From NCBI GenBank assembly GCA_002269645.1, contig NIVC01002175.1, positions 1 through 27,144 of the forward strand: DNA of 27,144 bases. The letters run 5' to 3'. The position numbers and the translations under genes are program-made. The notes under the pieces were generated by a model. That model searched no databases. It was not told where the DNA came from and worked only from the letters and a program-made list of their open reading frames with translations. Positions 8,125 to 18,161 of the stretch are shown here, piece by piece. Source of the stretch: Macrostomum lignano. Its lineage: Eukaryota. How positions within the stretch are numbered: position 1 is the first letter of the stretch; every line of letters starts with the position of its first letter.

Positions 8125-8898
8125 TCAGTTATCAAAGCGAACATTGGGCAGCCTCATCGCGTCCTGCCGACGAAGTTGAAATGGCAGCTTTCGCTTCCTG
8201 CTGCTGCTGCTCACCGTCGAAGCCGCTGCATGCGCCCTGAACTGATACCACACCGGATCTTCCTCAAGGTTGGTGTCCCGCTGCGGAAGCAGTCCAGCAT
8301 CAGAATCAACCAAAGGTATCGGTGTGGATGTGATAGGCTCAGTCACAATGCGCGGCCTTGTGGGCGAGCTAACGTCCTCGTCATCAGCATGCTCTCCGCC
8401 CTCATCAGTCTCCATTATGGGCTTCGTGTCCTGGTCAGCCTCCAACTTGAGCTTCTTGTCCTCTTCCTCCTCTTCCTCATCAGACTCCAGCTCGTACTGC
8501 ATTGAGTTCCTCAAGGGAGCCACCAGCTGACCGTCGATCCAGGAGGCGATTTTCCAGAGCTTCTGCCACAGCGGCGGAGTCAGTGGTACGGCGTTTCGTC
8601 TCAAAAACTCCTCGCAGCAATCTTCCGGCAGCCGTTTGAGCCAAATGATGCCGCCTTTGACTTCCACAAACTTATCGAAGCCGAGTTTCACGACCTTGGG
8701 CTCGTTGTTGCGTGCAGAAATCACAAGTGAGCGTTTCACCTCCTTCAATTTCTTCCATTGGTGAACATTCAGGTTGAATCCTGGGACGCCTGGCTTCAGA
8801 CTTGCCGTGCTGCCGTGTCGGTAAAACTTGCGAATAGCGATAAATTTTTGTCCTTCAAACTCCTGGACTTGTGCCTTATAGCCTTCACAGATGTCCAT
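8125..8898 (-). CDS. PC4/Sub1-like ssDNA-binding protein with two tandem PC4 domains and an acidic tail
   Basis: YKAQVQEFEGQKFIAIRKFY...LKPGVPGFNLNVHQWKKLKE aligns by eye with the PC4 CTD (YVSV.DFKGK..IDIREYW...KPGRKGISL..EQW..LKE). A weaker second copy ends VPLTPPLWQKLWKIASWID. Confidence 0.8.
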   Translation of the reverse strand: MDICEGYKAQVQEFEGQKFIAIRKFYRHGSTASLKPGVPGFNLNVHQWKKLKEVKRSLVISARNNEPKVVKLGFDKFVEVKGGIIWLKRLPEDCCEEFLRRNAVPLTPPLWQKLWKIASWIDGQLVAPLRNSMQYELESDEEEEEEDKKLKLEADQDTKPIMETDEGGEHADDEDVSSPTRPRIVTEPITSTPIPLVDSDAGLLPQRDTNLEEDPVWYQFRAHAAASTVSSSSRKRKLPFQLRRQDAMRLPNVRFDN

Positions 8899-9002
8899 TT
8901 TCCTTTCGCAATTGAAAACTCACAAAAGTTAAAAGCTGAGGAAAAGTTCGGATGAAATTTTGGATTTGAAAAATTGAGAATTCTTTCTTGTCAGTTTCGG
9001 GG

Positions 9003-9011
9003 CTTATATAC
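9003..9011 (-). promoter_or_regulatory. TATA box GTATATAAG upstream of PC4-like gene
   Basis: An Inr-like TCAATTT lies about 33 nt downstream (A at 8975); ATG at 8898. Confidence 0.55.
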
Positions 9012-9130
9012 CCTCGACCGAACCACCCCAAACCACCCATCCCACTCCGGGCTCTGTGATTGGCTCTTTCGCAAACATTATTTCCAATTACATAGATTAA
9101 CATTCATTCAGCTAAGCTAACCCACTCCAT

Positions 9131-9568
9131 CCTATCTCTGCAGTGTTAACCACCCCCAATGCAAAGAGATAGGCCGCCTCTCCTCCTATCTCTGCAGTGT
9201 TAACCATCTCCAGTGTAAAGAGATAGGCCGCCTCTCCTCCTATCACTCCAGTGTTAAGCAGAGATAGAGCTCATATCTCTGCAGTGCTTAGCCGTCCCCA
9301 ATGCACAGAGATAGAGCTCATATCTCTGCAGTGCTTAGCCGTCCCCAATGCACAGAGATAGAGCTCATATCTCTGCAGTGCTTAGCCGTCCCCAATGCAC
9401 AGAGATAGAGCTCATATCTCTGCAGTGCTTAGCCGTCCCCAATGCACAGAGATAGAGCTCATATCTCTGCAGTGCTTAGCCGTCCCCAATGCACAGAGAT
9501 AGAGCTCATATCTCTGCAGTGCTTGGCCGTCCCCAATGCACAGAGATAGGGCTCATATCTCCGCAGTG
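9131..9568. repeat. Subterminal Polinton tandem array: two approx. 54-bp units, then six full and one partial 47-bp hairpin units
   Basis: Unit CAGAGATAGAGCTCATATCTCTGCAGTGCTTAGCCGTCCCCAATGCA starts at 9259, 9306, 9353, 9400, 9447, 9494 and partially at 9541. Each has an 8-bp stem CAGAGATA/TATCTCTG. Confidence 0.95.
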
Positions 9569-9637
9569 TATTTTTCCCTGTACATTTGCATTGCCGCCTA
9601 TCTCGCCAGTGCTAGTGCGGCAGTATCATAATTCGCC

Positions 9638-9647
9638 CTACTACTCT
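9638..9647 (-). other. Polinton terminus (outer end of terminal inverted repeat)
   Basis: Minus strand reads AGAGTAGTAG. Homology to the TRP paralog stops exactly here. The partner TIR is outside the window. Confidence 0.75.
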
Positions 9648-10318
9648 GGTCCGATGGTCTCAAAGTAGCTCAGGAAGGACACTGACCGGAAGCCCCACAG
9701 CAAGAATGCGGTGCTGAGAACCATCTGGCAGGAATAGGCAGTGGGGTAGGAGATGCCGTGTGAGAAGATGATCCACTTCCAGACCAGACCGATCCACAGG
9801 AATAGAATCGCGGCACAGTCAAACATATTGAGCTGTTCCTTAAAATATCGCGGCAACATAAATGCTTTGCTGCCTTTCAAAAAGTGTCGTTTGCTAGCGC
9901 CCTTGTAAATTTCAAACGATTCTTGCAGCGTAAATGAAGCCAGGTAGAGTGCCATTATCACGTCTGGAATAGCCCAGTCAAAAGTCACCCGGAAATCAAT
10001 CAAGTACCACGCAAAAAACACTAAAAAGGCAATGAATGCAAAGAAGTTTATAGAGTAGTTAGTTTTAGGAGAAAGGCAGTTGTCTTTTGGTGCTTCGTTC
10101 CATTTTTTCTTAAGGAGTCGGTGGATGCACTCAGTTGCAAAAATATCTTTTGAATCGAGCAGCTTGACCATTTCGTAAACGGAGTAGTAATTGACGGTAT
10201 CCTTTTCTGGCTCCACAGCGTTCTTTTCAGTATCCTTTTCGTAGATGGAACGTTGGTTCTCCTTGTACCGGCTCGGAAATTTTGGGCCGAGTACGACTTT
10301 TTTCTCGTCGTCAGACTG

Positions 10319-10474
10319 CTGGCTTTGCGTTTGATCATTGCCATTAGGCTGTTCTTCAGAGTTTGTCTCTTGATCAGCTTTTTTGCTGTCTTGCCGTTTG
10401 GCCAGATTTTTTGCTCTTTTGTTGTCTGACGGCTGGCTTTGCGTTTGATCATTGCCATTAGGCTGTTCTTCAGA
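10319..10474. repeat. 42-bp exact direct repeat, 114-bp period, inside TRP paralog 1
   Basis: Copies at 10319-10360 and 10433-10474, encoding SEEQPNGNDQTQSQ twice. Confidence 0.9.
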
Positions 10475-12804
10475 TTTTTCCTCTTTATAACTGCCAATTT
10501 TTCCGTTTAAATACTTCATTAATAGCTTCTTATCTTTAGCGTTATCGATATTAGCGTACAAGCACTCAAGAGCATTCACTGCAATTTGAAGGAGCTTTGC
10601 TTTAAGTTCCAGCAGTTGATTTTGCGTGGTGGTGTCTTCGCTATTAGCGATTTCCAACCTCAGGTACAATAGCAGGCTTAGTGTCACTGGGATCAACTCA
10701 AACTGCCGTGTCAGAATAAGGTCCGGCAAGATTTTCAGTTTTCTGAGGAACAGAGCGACGTCAACTACCAGCATCTCCGATGATCCGGTCGGTGAATGGA
10801 TCCGAGGGAGCTGCTTGTACTTGGCCAATGAGGTATCTCGTTTCTTTCCTTTTTCTTTTACCTGTTTACTTTCTTCTATCTGTTCTTTTCCGTTGTTGCT
10901 TTTGTGCTGCAAGTAGTCCCAAAGTCGTGCCTCAACTTCTCGAGTAACCCGTTTCAGTCGGAGAGCACATCGGAACATGATTGGCGAATCAAGATCTAAC
11001 GCCTGGAACAAGATACACTCATCCGTGCGTTCATCATCTTCATTGCCTTCCCCAAGCTCAACATTTACGTTTCCAATGAATTTACTCTGCTTGCTATCTT
11101 TGCCTCTGGCAACTTTATCGCGGGATGCTTTGTCCAGCATGGAGAAAAGAAGTTGACGAGCTATAGTTCTGCGCGGCAATTGGAGTCCGTGGTGAACAGG
11201 ATCGATTAGACACAGAATTTCTAACTTAGATTTCTCTTCCTGGCGTTTAAAAGTTTTGTCAACAACTTTCATTCGGCTAATGATTTTGGCGAAGTCGAGA
11301 GCAGTCAGCCCAGAATGCGTAGCAGCGGCGAGGGCCTGCCAATTTCTTCGACGCATAAGCCATTTGATGTTCTCTTCATTGTTGGTCTCGCAGGCGAAGT
11401 GCAGACAGGTGGCACCCTTGAGCGGACCGCTGCTTACTGTAAGCTGCAGCAGGGACTCCGTTGGCGAATCAGACAGTTTGGCCAATAGTGGAGCTACTTT
11501 TTTGAGTTTGTATTTGCTCGCAAACGAATGGATGGCGTGAAAGCCGTTTAATGCCTTTAGAAGCTTTTTTAATTCTCTGCGAAAATCCGCGACGAGGCAT
11601 GTATTGTCTTCCTTTGAGTCTTTCCCCTCATTTCCTACCGAAGCTGCTTTACTCAATATCTTTTCCAAAGTATCTTCTGTTAGGGTCGAAGCGTGTAGGC
11701 AGTTCTGACCGAGGTCATTTTCCTCTGCTATTTCGGTTACTGACGCAATATTCAAAAATACTTCCATAAAATTTTCAGCACGTTTGTCAGGTCCGTCTTG
11801 GCTGTCATCTGCAAGTTTTCCGGTATAGAAGAACAGTGCGTGGAGCAGGGTATTTTTGTCGAAGTCCGTGCACGGCAAAATTTTGAAACCATTTCCTTTG
11901 GGCAGAAGAAGATCAAAATTCCACCCCATGCACGCGTAGAAAAGGCACGATCTGCCATCTCCGTCGAGTGTGCTCTCAGAAATCAGTTCATTGTGCTTTT
12001 TCTTCAAGTGTTTCGTAAATTTCGAGCTTTGAAATGCGAGATGCAACGCGCTTTTGCCATGGTTATTCATGAGAGACCAGTGCTGTCTATCAGTGCAATG
12101 AAATAACTTCCTCGCTGTTTTGTGCTTTTTCTCTTCTTTGTTGAAACTCATTGCAGCCAGAATAAACGCCGTGTTTCCACACTTGTCTCTTTGTTCAATG
12201 TACTTCTTGAAATCGATCTTACCTTCGTTTCCAAGACTTTTCAGCTTTTTATAGATTTTTACTACCGTCTGATCTTTGCAACTTTTACTGTCGATTGCTC
12301 TCTGGAGTAGCGTGAGTCTCTGAGCTTTTTGAACTTTTTGAACTTTTTGAGTTTTTTGAGATTTTTCATTTGTAGTGGCGTATTCGCCTATCAGTGTGGA
12401 GACCATTTCTTTGTCCACTTTGTCAAGAACGGACAACAGTTCGTCCACAATTTTATCATTTTGGTTCTCGTTCTGAACTGCATAATGGCAAAAGTTGTAG
12501 CCATCTTTGTCCTGTGCTTCCAGGCATTCTTTATCGAGATTGCAGGCAGTTTTCAGTAGAAAACTGAGTTCCTTAGGGCTCGCATGCATTGCAGCCAGAT
12601 GCAGCACTGTCTGGTCCTTTTTGTTCTTTAACAAGAGAACTTTTTTTGCACTTTCCGCTTCTGTATCTTCTTTATTATGTGCACTTATTTTCGCAAGAAC
12701 TAACCCAAATAGTGTAGATTGTTCTTCATTTGTTTTATGGTTCGGCATAGGTTTACCTTGCGATTCATTACCGCATTTTTTGCGTTGCCCTTCGTTGGCT
12801 GCTT

Positions 12805-13193
12805 GATTGCTTCTGTCTTCAGGAGTAACAGTACCGCTGCAACAGGAACTCGCGCCGCGAATCCAGCAAACGCAGCGTTCTCCAAAACTTTCTTCCTCGT
12901 CACTTTTCTCGCTCTCACTTTCCTCCTCGTTGTCACTTTCCTTGCTGCTACTTTCCTTGTTGGCACTTTTCTCGTTGTTGGTTATCTGGTTATTAACCTT
13001 CATTGCTGGATTGCTTCTGTCTTCAGAAGAACCAGTACCGCTGCAACAGGAACTCGCGCCGCGAATCCAGCGAGCGCATCGATCTCCAAAACTTTCTTCC
13101 TTGTCACTTTCCTCCTCGCTTTCACTTTCCGTGCTGCTACTTTCCTTGTTGACAGTTTCCTGGTAGTCAATTACCTGGTTTTTAACCTTCATT
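12805..13193. repeat. Approx. 200-bp in-frame tandem duplication inside TRP paralog 1
   Basis: Copies start at 12805 and 13009, encoding KESSS..ES.EE..F.G.RC..WIRGASSCCSGT...EDRSN twice. Confidence 0.9.
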
Positions 13194-15291
13194 TTTTCAC
13201 ATTTCTCTGCGTTTTCTTCGCTGCTGTCTGAGTCGCACGAGTAATCAGTCGAAATATTTTTCTCTTCTGGGCGGTTTAAGTTGACGGCGGCAAAATGGAA
13301 CACGGTATCGCCATCGCAGTTTGTTCTGTAAAAGTATTTGGGTTTCTGCACCATCTTAATAATCTCTTTCAGAGATTCTTTTGAGAAGCAACTCATACAG
13401 TAATGCAGAGGCGTTGTCCGGTGGCTGTCTTTTTTCAGCATGCAGTTTTTTTTATGCTTGAAGTGTTCTATAATTTTTAAAAGCGTCTTTTCGCCCCCTG
13501 GAGTCATTGCGGCGTAGTGCGCTGCAGTTCTCTTGCATCCTTCTTCTGTATCGTCTTTCACCAGTTTTTCGGTCGAAAATTTTTATTTCGCTTTAAGAGA
13601 TTCCGGGCCTTCTGGAATTTTTTTGCTTTTGTAAACTGAAGAAGTTCCAAATATGGGTCTTTTCGGTCTTCTGTGTTTTCTGGGTCTTCAGACTCTTCTG
13701 AGTCTTCTGGGTCTTGAGGGTCTTCTGTGTCTTTTTCTTTGTTTGCAGACATTTGAAAGTCTGAATTCTCAACCGAACATTTTTCCGAATTCAGAGATTG
13801 TTTGCTAGCTGTATTCCTCGCGTCGGGAAGTCCTGGTGGCAGGGTATCCCCGTCGGTCTCGTCACAAGAGCTGCTGTCATAGTAGACCGCGTGCTTTCCT
13901 TGAACACTCACGCTCGACTTCGGCTGCTGCATTATCCAACCAGCTGAGTCGCACTCGCGCTGGGCTGCCGCTTCTGTGATGGGTTTTTGCATTTTATAGT
14001 TTGAGTTTCATTCCTTTTTTTAATTTGTCCCGCAAAATTATTGATCGGATAACCACATAAAAACAGTTGATTGGCTTGAAAGCTTACCCATCAATCTAAG
14101 TTAGTATAGAATTGTCAACAAACAATGTTCAAGATAGTCAAAGCACACGACTTTAAATTGAGTAATAAATCGCTAGTGAATCTACCTAAGATTTACGAAA
14201 TCATCAAAAATAATTAATGAGAAATGAATTCGGAATTACCGGTGTACAGTGTTTACAGTGCAGTTAGAGCTACTTAATCACTTCAGTGTGCTCGTATTTA
14301 CTCTATTACAGCGTAATAAATTTACATTTGAATCCTAATTCTCATGAATATCATTATTTAACCATAAGTTTCCTAATGCCCAAGAATTCTCTGCTTGCTA
14401 CTTATCAGTAGCATACATTGATTATGAATAATTCAGACTCGGTCGACGCTATCAAACCTAACGTAGTAACTATGGCTTGTATCTCATCTACTCCGTATGT
14501 TGTTTGTTCTGTGCTCTTTAGCGACTCATTCATTATTTAAGGTCTGCCGCTCTCCTCTCCTTTTTATTCATCATATTTCACTTCGGCCAGGCAACTAAAA
14601 TGACAACAACTATGCCTGAATCTAGCGAGCCCAACAAATAGCTGCTATAGAGTTGCTGTCACAGTTGCGGCTCTTTGTACGGAACGAATACAACTGATGC
14701 AAAGTGAGCTTATTCTACAGCTACTAAGCGATGCTAAAGAGGTGCAATAGCTACAGCTTGTATGGCGACAGCAATAAGGTTTCAACTAGTCGTATTACTG
14801 TTGTGTTTGTAAAGGCAATAGTGTGATTTCAACCAGTAAAATCTATAGTTCACAGACATCTACATATTTCTCCGACTATCACAGCCTTATTAAATCTTTC
14901 TTATGAAACGAACTGTCTGATCTTTAATCTCTATATTGGAATATTTAATTAATAATTATAAAGAATGAAAGCAAAAATCTCAAGATTGCGCGTATTCATT
15001 AATTAGACAGATGTTCAATTTTTAATAAGCATACAATAAGTTTTACAAGGTATTAAGTTAATACCTTGAATAAGGATCCCTTATTCACTTCTACTTTTGG
15101 TCGGCGTCCTGTGTCTCTTACCTACATTACCTCGAGATGCATTACCTCGCTACTCTCAGCGGAACCCGAACTCTCAATTAATTCGCCTCCAAATTGTAAT
15201 TGTGGACGAAGTCTGCGTTTCACTAATCCTAACTACTCTGTAGAGACACTGATATAGAAACTTTTAAACCTTTTATCTATCCCTTTGTCTA

Positions 15292-15656
15292 GGGGGGCCG
15301 TAGCCCAGCGGTAGCGCAGCTGCTCTGGTGTGCCAGCGACCCAGGCTCGATTCCAAGTGCAGTCACATTAATTTGGGGCTGAATTGGAATCTCGGCTTGG
15401 CTCTGCTCGTGCAATTAACGGCCTTGAGAGCCGACCCCCCAAGGCGCAGTGAAGTGTACATGCCTAACGATAATTTAAAGTTAGGGCCGCTGTACACTCC
15501 TGTGTGAGTGTGTGCCTGCGTACGTATCCGCGCGCTTGTATGCCTGCTCAGGGGAGTCGGCGGAATGGGCAGTAATGCCTCTCGCCGGTTGTGTGCCTAT
15601 GTCGCTTAAAGTGCGCCAGGGTGCACACAACCCCCCTGCCTCTATCTATATCCATA
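15292..15656 (+). mobile_element. tRNA-derived SINE with 14-bp target site duplication
   Basis: A box TAGCCCAGCGG at 15301-15311 and B box GGCTCGATTCC at 15344-15354. TSD TATCCCTTTGTCTA at 15278-15291 and 15657-15670. TCTA-like simple tail. Confidence 0.88.
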
Positions 15657-16660
15657 TATCCCTTTGTCTACTAACATTGCCCAAACGGGAACTACTGCCA
15701 GTATGTTTAAAGCACATCTACTTTAGCAATCTACCCAATTACAAAAGAATGTTCAGTATTCGTACATAGCTGGTGTTCTTCTACGATCGCAATAAAGGTC
15801 GAGTCTTTTTCTATCGAGTTTTCCCGACTCTTCCCTATTTACTTGACGACAAAAGTCTCCCATCTTTAGGCCTTCCATTCCCAGCAGCATAGTGAAGGCT
15901 TGTTAGAAAAAGGTATGATTGAAATTCAGGTCTAAACTACGAGCGTACATGAAACAGACTGAACCATAATAAGTTATAGTACACAGAAACGCTTGTAGGT
16001 CTCAGTCAGATTTTTTAAATCTTTATATTAAATAATAAAAAATAATCAAATGCAAAAAATCGGTATGCTTACCTCTAGTACACTTTTAGTTCGCTTTTCG
16101 GGGGAAACTAACTTCGAATTTAAAGGAGAAAATGTAAAAAGCAATACAGCAACCAGCAGCACCAATGTGCTTTGATAATGCTTGCTAGAAAAATAGCTGC
16201 CTCAAAGTTTTTATGGGTTTATAAGAAGGTTGAAAAGATACAAAGAACTCATTCATTCGTTGCCTCTTCTTTACTTAAGCAACCTGGCAACGGTATATAG
16301 TTGAACTGTACCTTGCCAGTATTTTAGTCGTTTTTCTACGGGTGTATACCACTTCTAGGGGTAAGAGAAACTACTCAACTACTCATATCTTTAACTAGAT
16401 GGTATTAAGAGAATTTATTGCACGTGTCCCAAAAGAAGCGTATAGTTCCACCTTGCTTTCATGTCATTGTATTGTGGCAAGGGGTGGAGCGTGAGCTCAG
16501 AATACTGTGAGCAGTGCCGTGAGTCTACTATCTATCTCCCGCCGTTCTGTACTTAGGCTCGTTTTGAAACTTTACCGGACTGTATTGACCCGTCTTCGGA
16601 CTTCACAGCTTGTTGTTCATAAATACGACGTATACTGATATGTTTTGGGATCACTTGGAT

Positions 16661-16716
16661 TGAATAGACCCTGATGACGTCTATATGATTAACGAAACGC
16701 AATGGCAACAAATAAA
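16661..16716 (+). other. Hammerhead-core-like motif followed by AATAAA; possible Penelope-like element pLTR remnant
   Basis: CTGATGA at 16671-16677, GAAAC at 16694-16698, AATAAA at 16711-16716. Stems I and III do not pair convincingly. Confidence 0.33.
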
Positions 16717-17512
16717 AATTATGCTATTCTTCTTAATACTAAAACTGGTGCGATGTTTCTTTGTTTGTCTGTTGGTTTGTATGTTGCCTAGACTACTTGC
16801 AACTCAGTAAGTATTTGATAGGTTTTGTAGAGGATTTGGAGACGATTTGGAAGATGAGATTCAAGTCATGAGATTTCAGCTGATGGATTTCAGGTAATGG
16901 AATTCTGGCGGTGGGAGTTCTTCCCCTTTCTCCTCCGTAGGAGGAGTTTCACTCCTCGTATATTTTTCTGTTGGCTTTTGTTTTCTTACTACCTTATTTT
17001 CACGTGCAATTGAATTTAGCTCGTAAATGCTATTTACGAGTATTAAGACTGCGCTTAATTTGAACATCGTTCTAAAAAATTAAGACTTTTTAATACATAA
17101 CGATGATGAAATTCAGCTATTATTGGACAAACTAGGATACCAGAAAATTATTTTATCAATTTGTTTACGTTCTAATTGTTCATCAGTAAATAAGAAAGAA
17201 TTGATGCAAGGAAACAATGACGAATTATTATTTTCTCCACGCTTACAAATTATTTAACATTGAATTTTAGCAATCTAAATGTTCTCTCCAATTAATTTGT
17301 ATTTAAGATTTTAATCGAGAATAATAATTCTAAATATGGGTCGGACAGTTTCGCTGCAAGTCAGCGTTGGGCAGTTGAAAGTTAAATAAGATTTTTTGAG
17401 TAAACCATAGAGAAGCAGCAAACCTTTTATTTGGACACTAAAACAGGAGGCGCCGTAGTCATGCAGAACTTCCAATTCGCGGTAAGATAATCTTCTCCGC
17501 ATAGATACTCTC

Positions 17513-17710
17513 AATAGATAATCTCCTCTGAATAGATAATCTCTTATGAATAGATAATCTTCTCTGAATAGATAATCTTTTATGAATAGATAATCTTCTC
17601 TGAATAGATTATCTCCTCTGAATAGATAATCTCCTCTAAATAGATAATATCCTCTGAATAGATAATCTCCTCTGAAAAGATAATCTCCTCTGAATAGATT
17701 ATCTTCTATG
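17513..17710. repeat. 18-bp minisatellite, 11 copies
   Basis: Consensus AATAGATAATCTCCTCTG in exact 18-bp phase from 17513. Confidence 0.95.
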
Positions 17711-17749
17711 CAGGGGTAAAAATAATTGCTTCTTTCTCCCTATAGACAG

Positions 17750-18150
17750 AGGGATAATCTACTCTCATGGATATGGATAAATCTCCTCTCATGAATATGG
17801 ACAATGTCCTCTCATCGATCTGGATAATCTTCTTTCATATTTAGAGATAATCTCCTCTCATGGGTTGGATAATCTCCTCTCCTAGATTAAGTAATCTACT
17901 CTACATGGATGTGGATAATCTCACATGATCTCAAATGGATTTTCATTCTCATTATTAGTCTCATCCCATGGATATAGATAATCTCAACTCAAAGATATTG
18001 ATAATCTCCTCTTTTAGACATTGACAATCTTCCGTACATCTATATGAACAATCTTCTCTACGTGGATGTGGATAATTTGTTCTACTTAGGTCTCTCTTTG
18101 TACATGGACATTGAAAATCTCCTGTCATGGACGTTAATAATCTTTTCCAC
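17750..18150. repeat. Degenerate approx. 23-bp repeats related to the 18-mer
   Basis: Recurring GGATAATCTCCTCTCATGGATAT-like units. Confidence 0.7.
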
Positions 18151-18161
18151 ATAGATTCGCT

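Larger units (their letters stand above)
1..9645. mobile_element. Polinton/Maverick (adintovirus-like endogenous dsDNA virus), partial; left part lies outside the window
   Basis: Co-located pPolB C-terminus, DDE integrase, packaging ATPase, adenain-like protease, and major and minor capsid ORFs. Terminus ...CTACTACT at 9638-9645 reads 5'-AGTAGTAG on minus, a typical Polinton end. The boundary could alternatively be 9647. Confidence 0.96.
9641..13992 (-). pseudogene. Ankyrin-repeat TRP-like cation channel, paralog 1; truncated after the S4-S5 linker by the Polinton; frameshift at 13576-13579 is probably an artefact
   Basis: Many ankyrin motifs (RTAAHYAA, TTPLHYC, DTVFHFAA, QTVLHLAA, ATCLHFAC). 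Pre-S1 IAVNALECLY and IFATECIHRLLKKKW, four hydrophobic segments, ending FRSVSFLSYFETIGP then E*. ORF 13558..13992 supplies the N-terminus. Confidence 0.85.

Noticed and set aside
8071-8530. Plus-strand ORFs 8071..8505 and 8270..8530
   Set aside because: Antisense shadows of the acidic tail of the PC4-like gene.
9259-9568. CRISPR-like appearance of palindromic 47-bp repeats
   Set aside because: Units are head-to-tail with no unique spacers, there are no cas genes, and the context is eukaryotic.
12700-13231. Overlapping ORFs 12719..13231 (+), 12807..13166 (+) and 12700..12966 (-) with repetitive hydrophobic or basic translations
   Set aside because: These are antisense or alternate-frame shadows of the low-complexity duplication in TRP paralog 1.
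15060-15230. Possible degenerate LINE reverse transcriptase fragment on minus (PQLQFGGELIE...)
   Set aside because: Too short, interrupted by stops, and lacks diagnostic RT motifs.
15292-15365. Functional tRNA gene
   Set aside because: A and B boxes are present, but the acceptor, anticodon and T stems do not pair properly, and it heads a TSD-flanked SINE.
16876-17067. 63-aa ORF with a possible upstream splice acceptor (TTTTTTAG)
   Set aside because: No recognisable motif and no demonstrable link to either TRP gene; needs RNA data.
17961-18152. 63-aa Cys-containing ORF
   Set aside because: Falls entirely in the degenerate 23-bp repeat.
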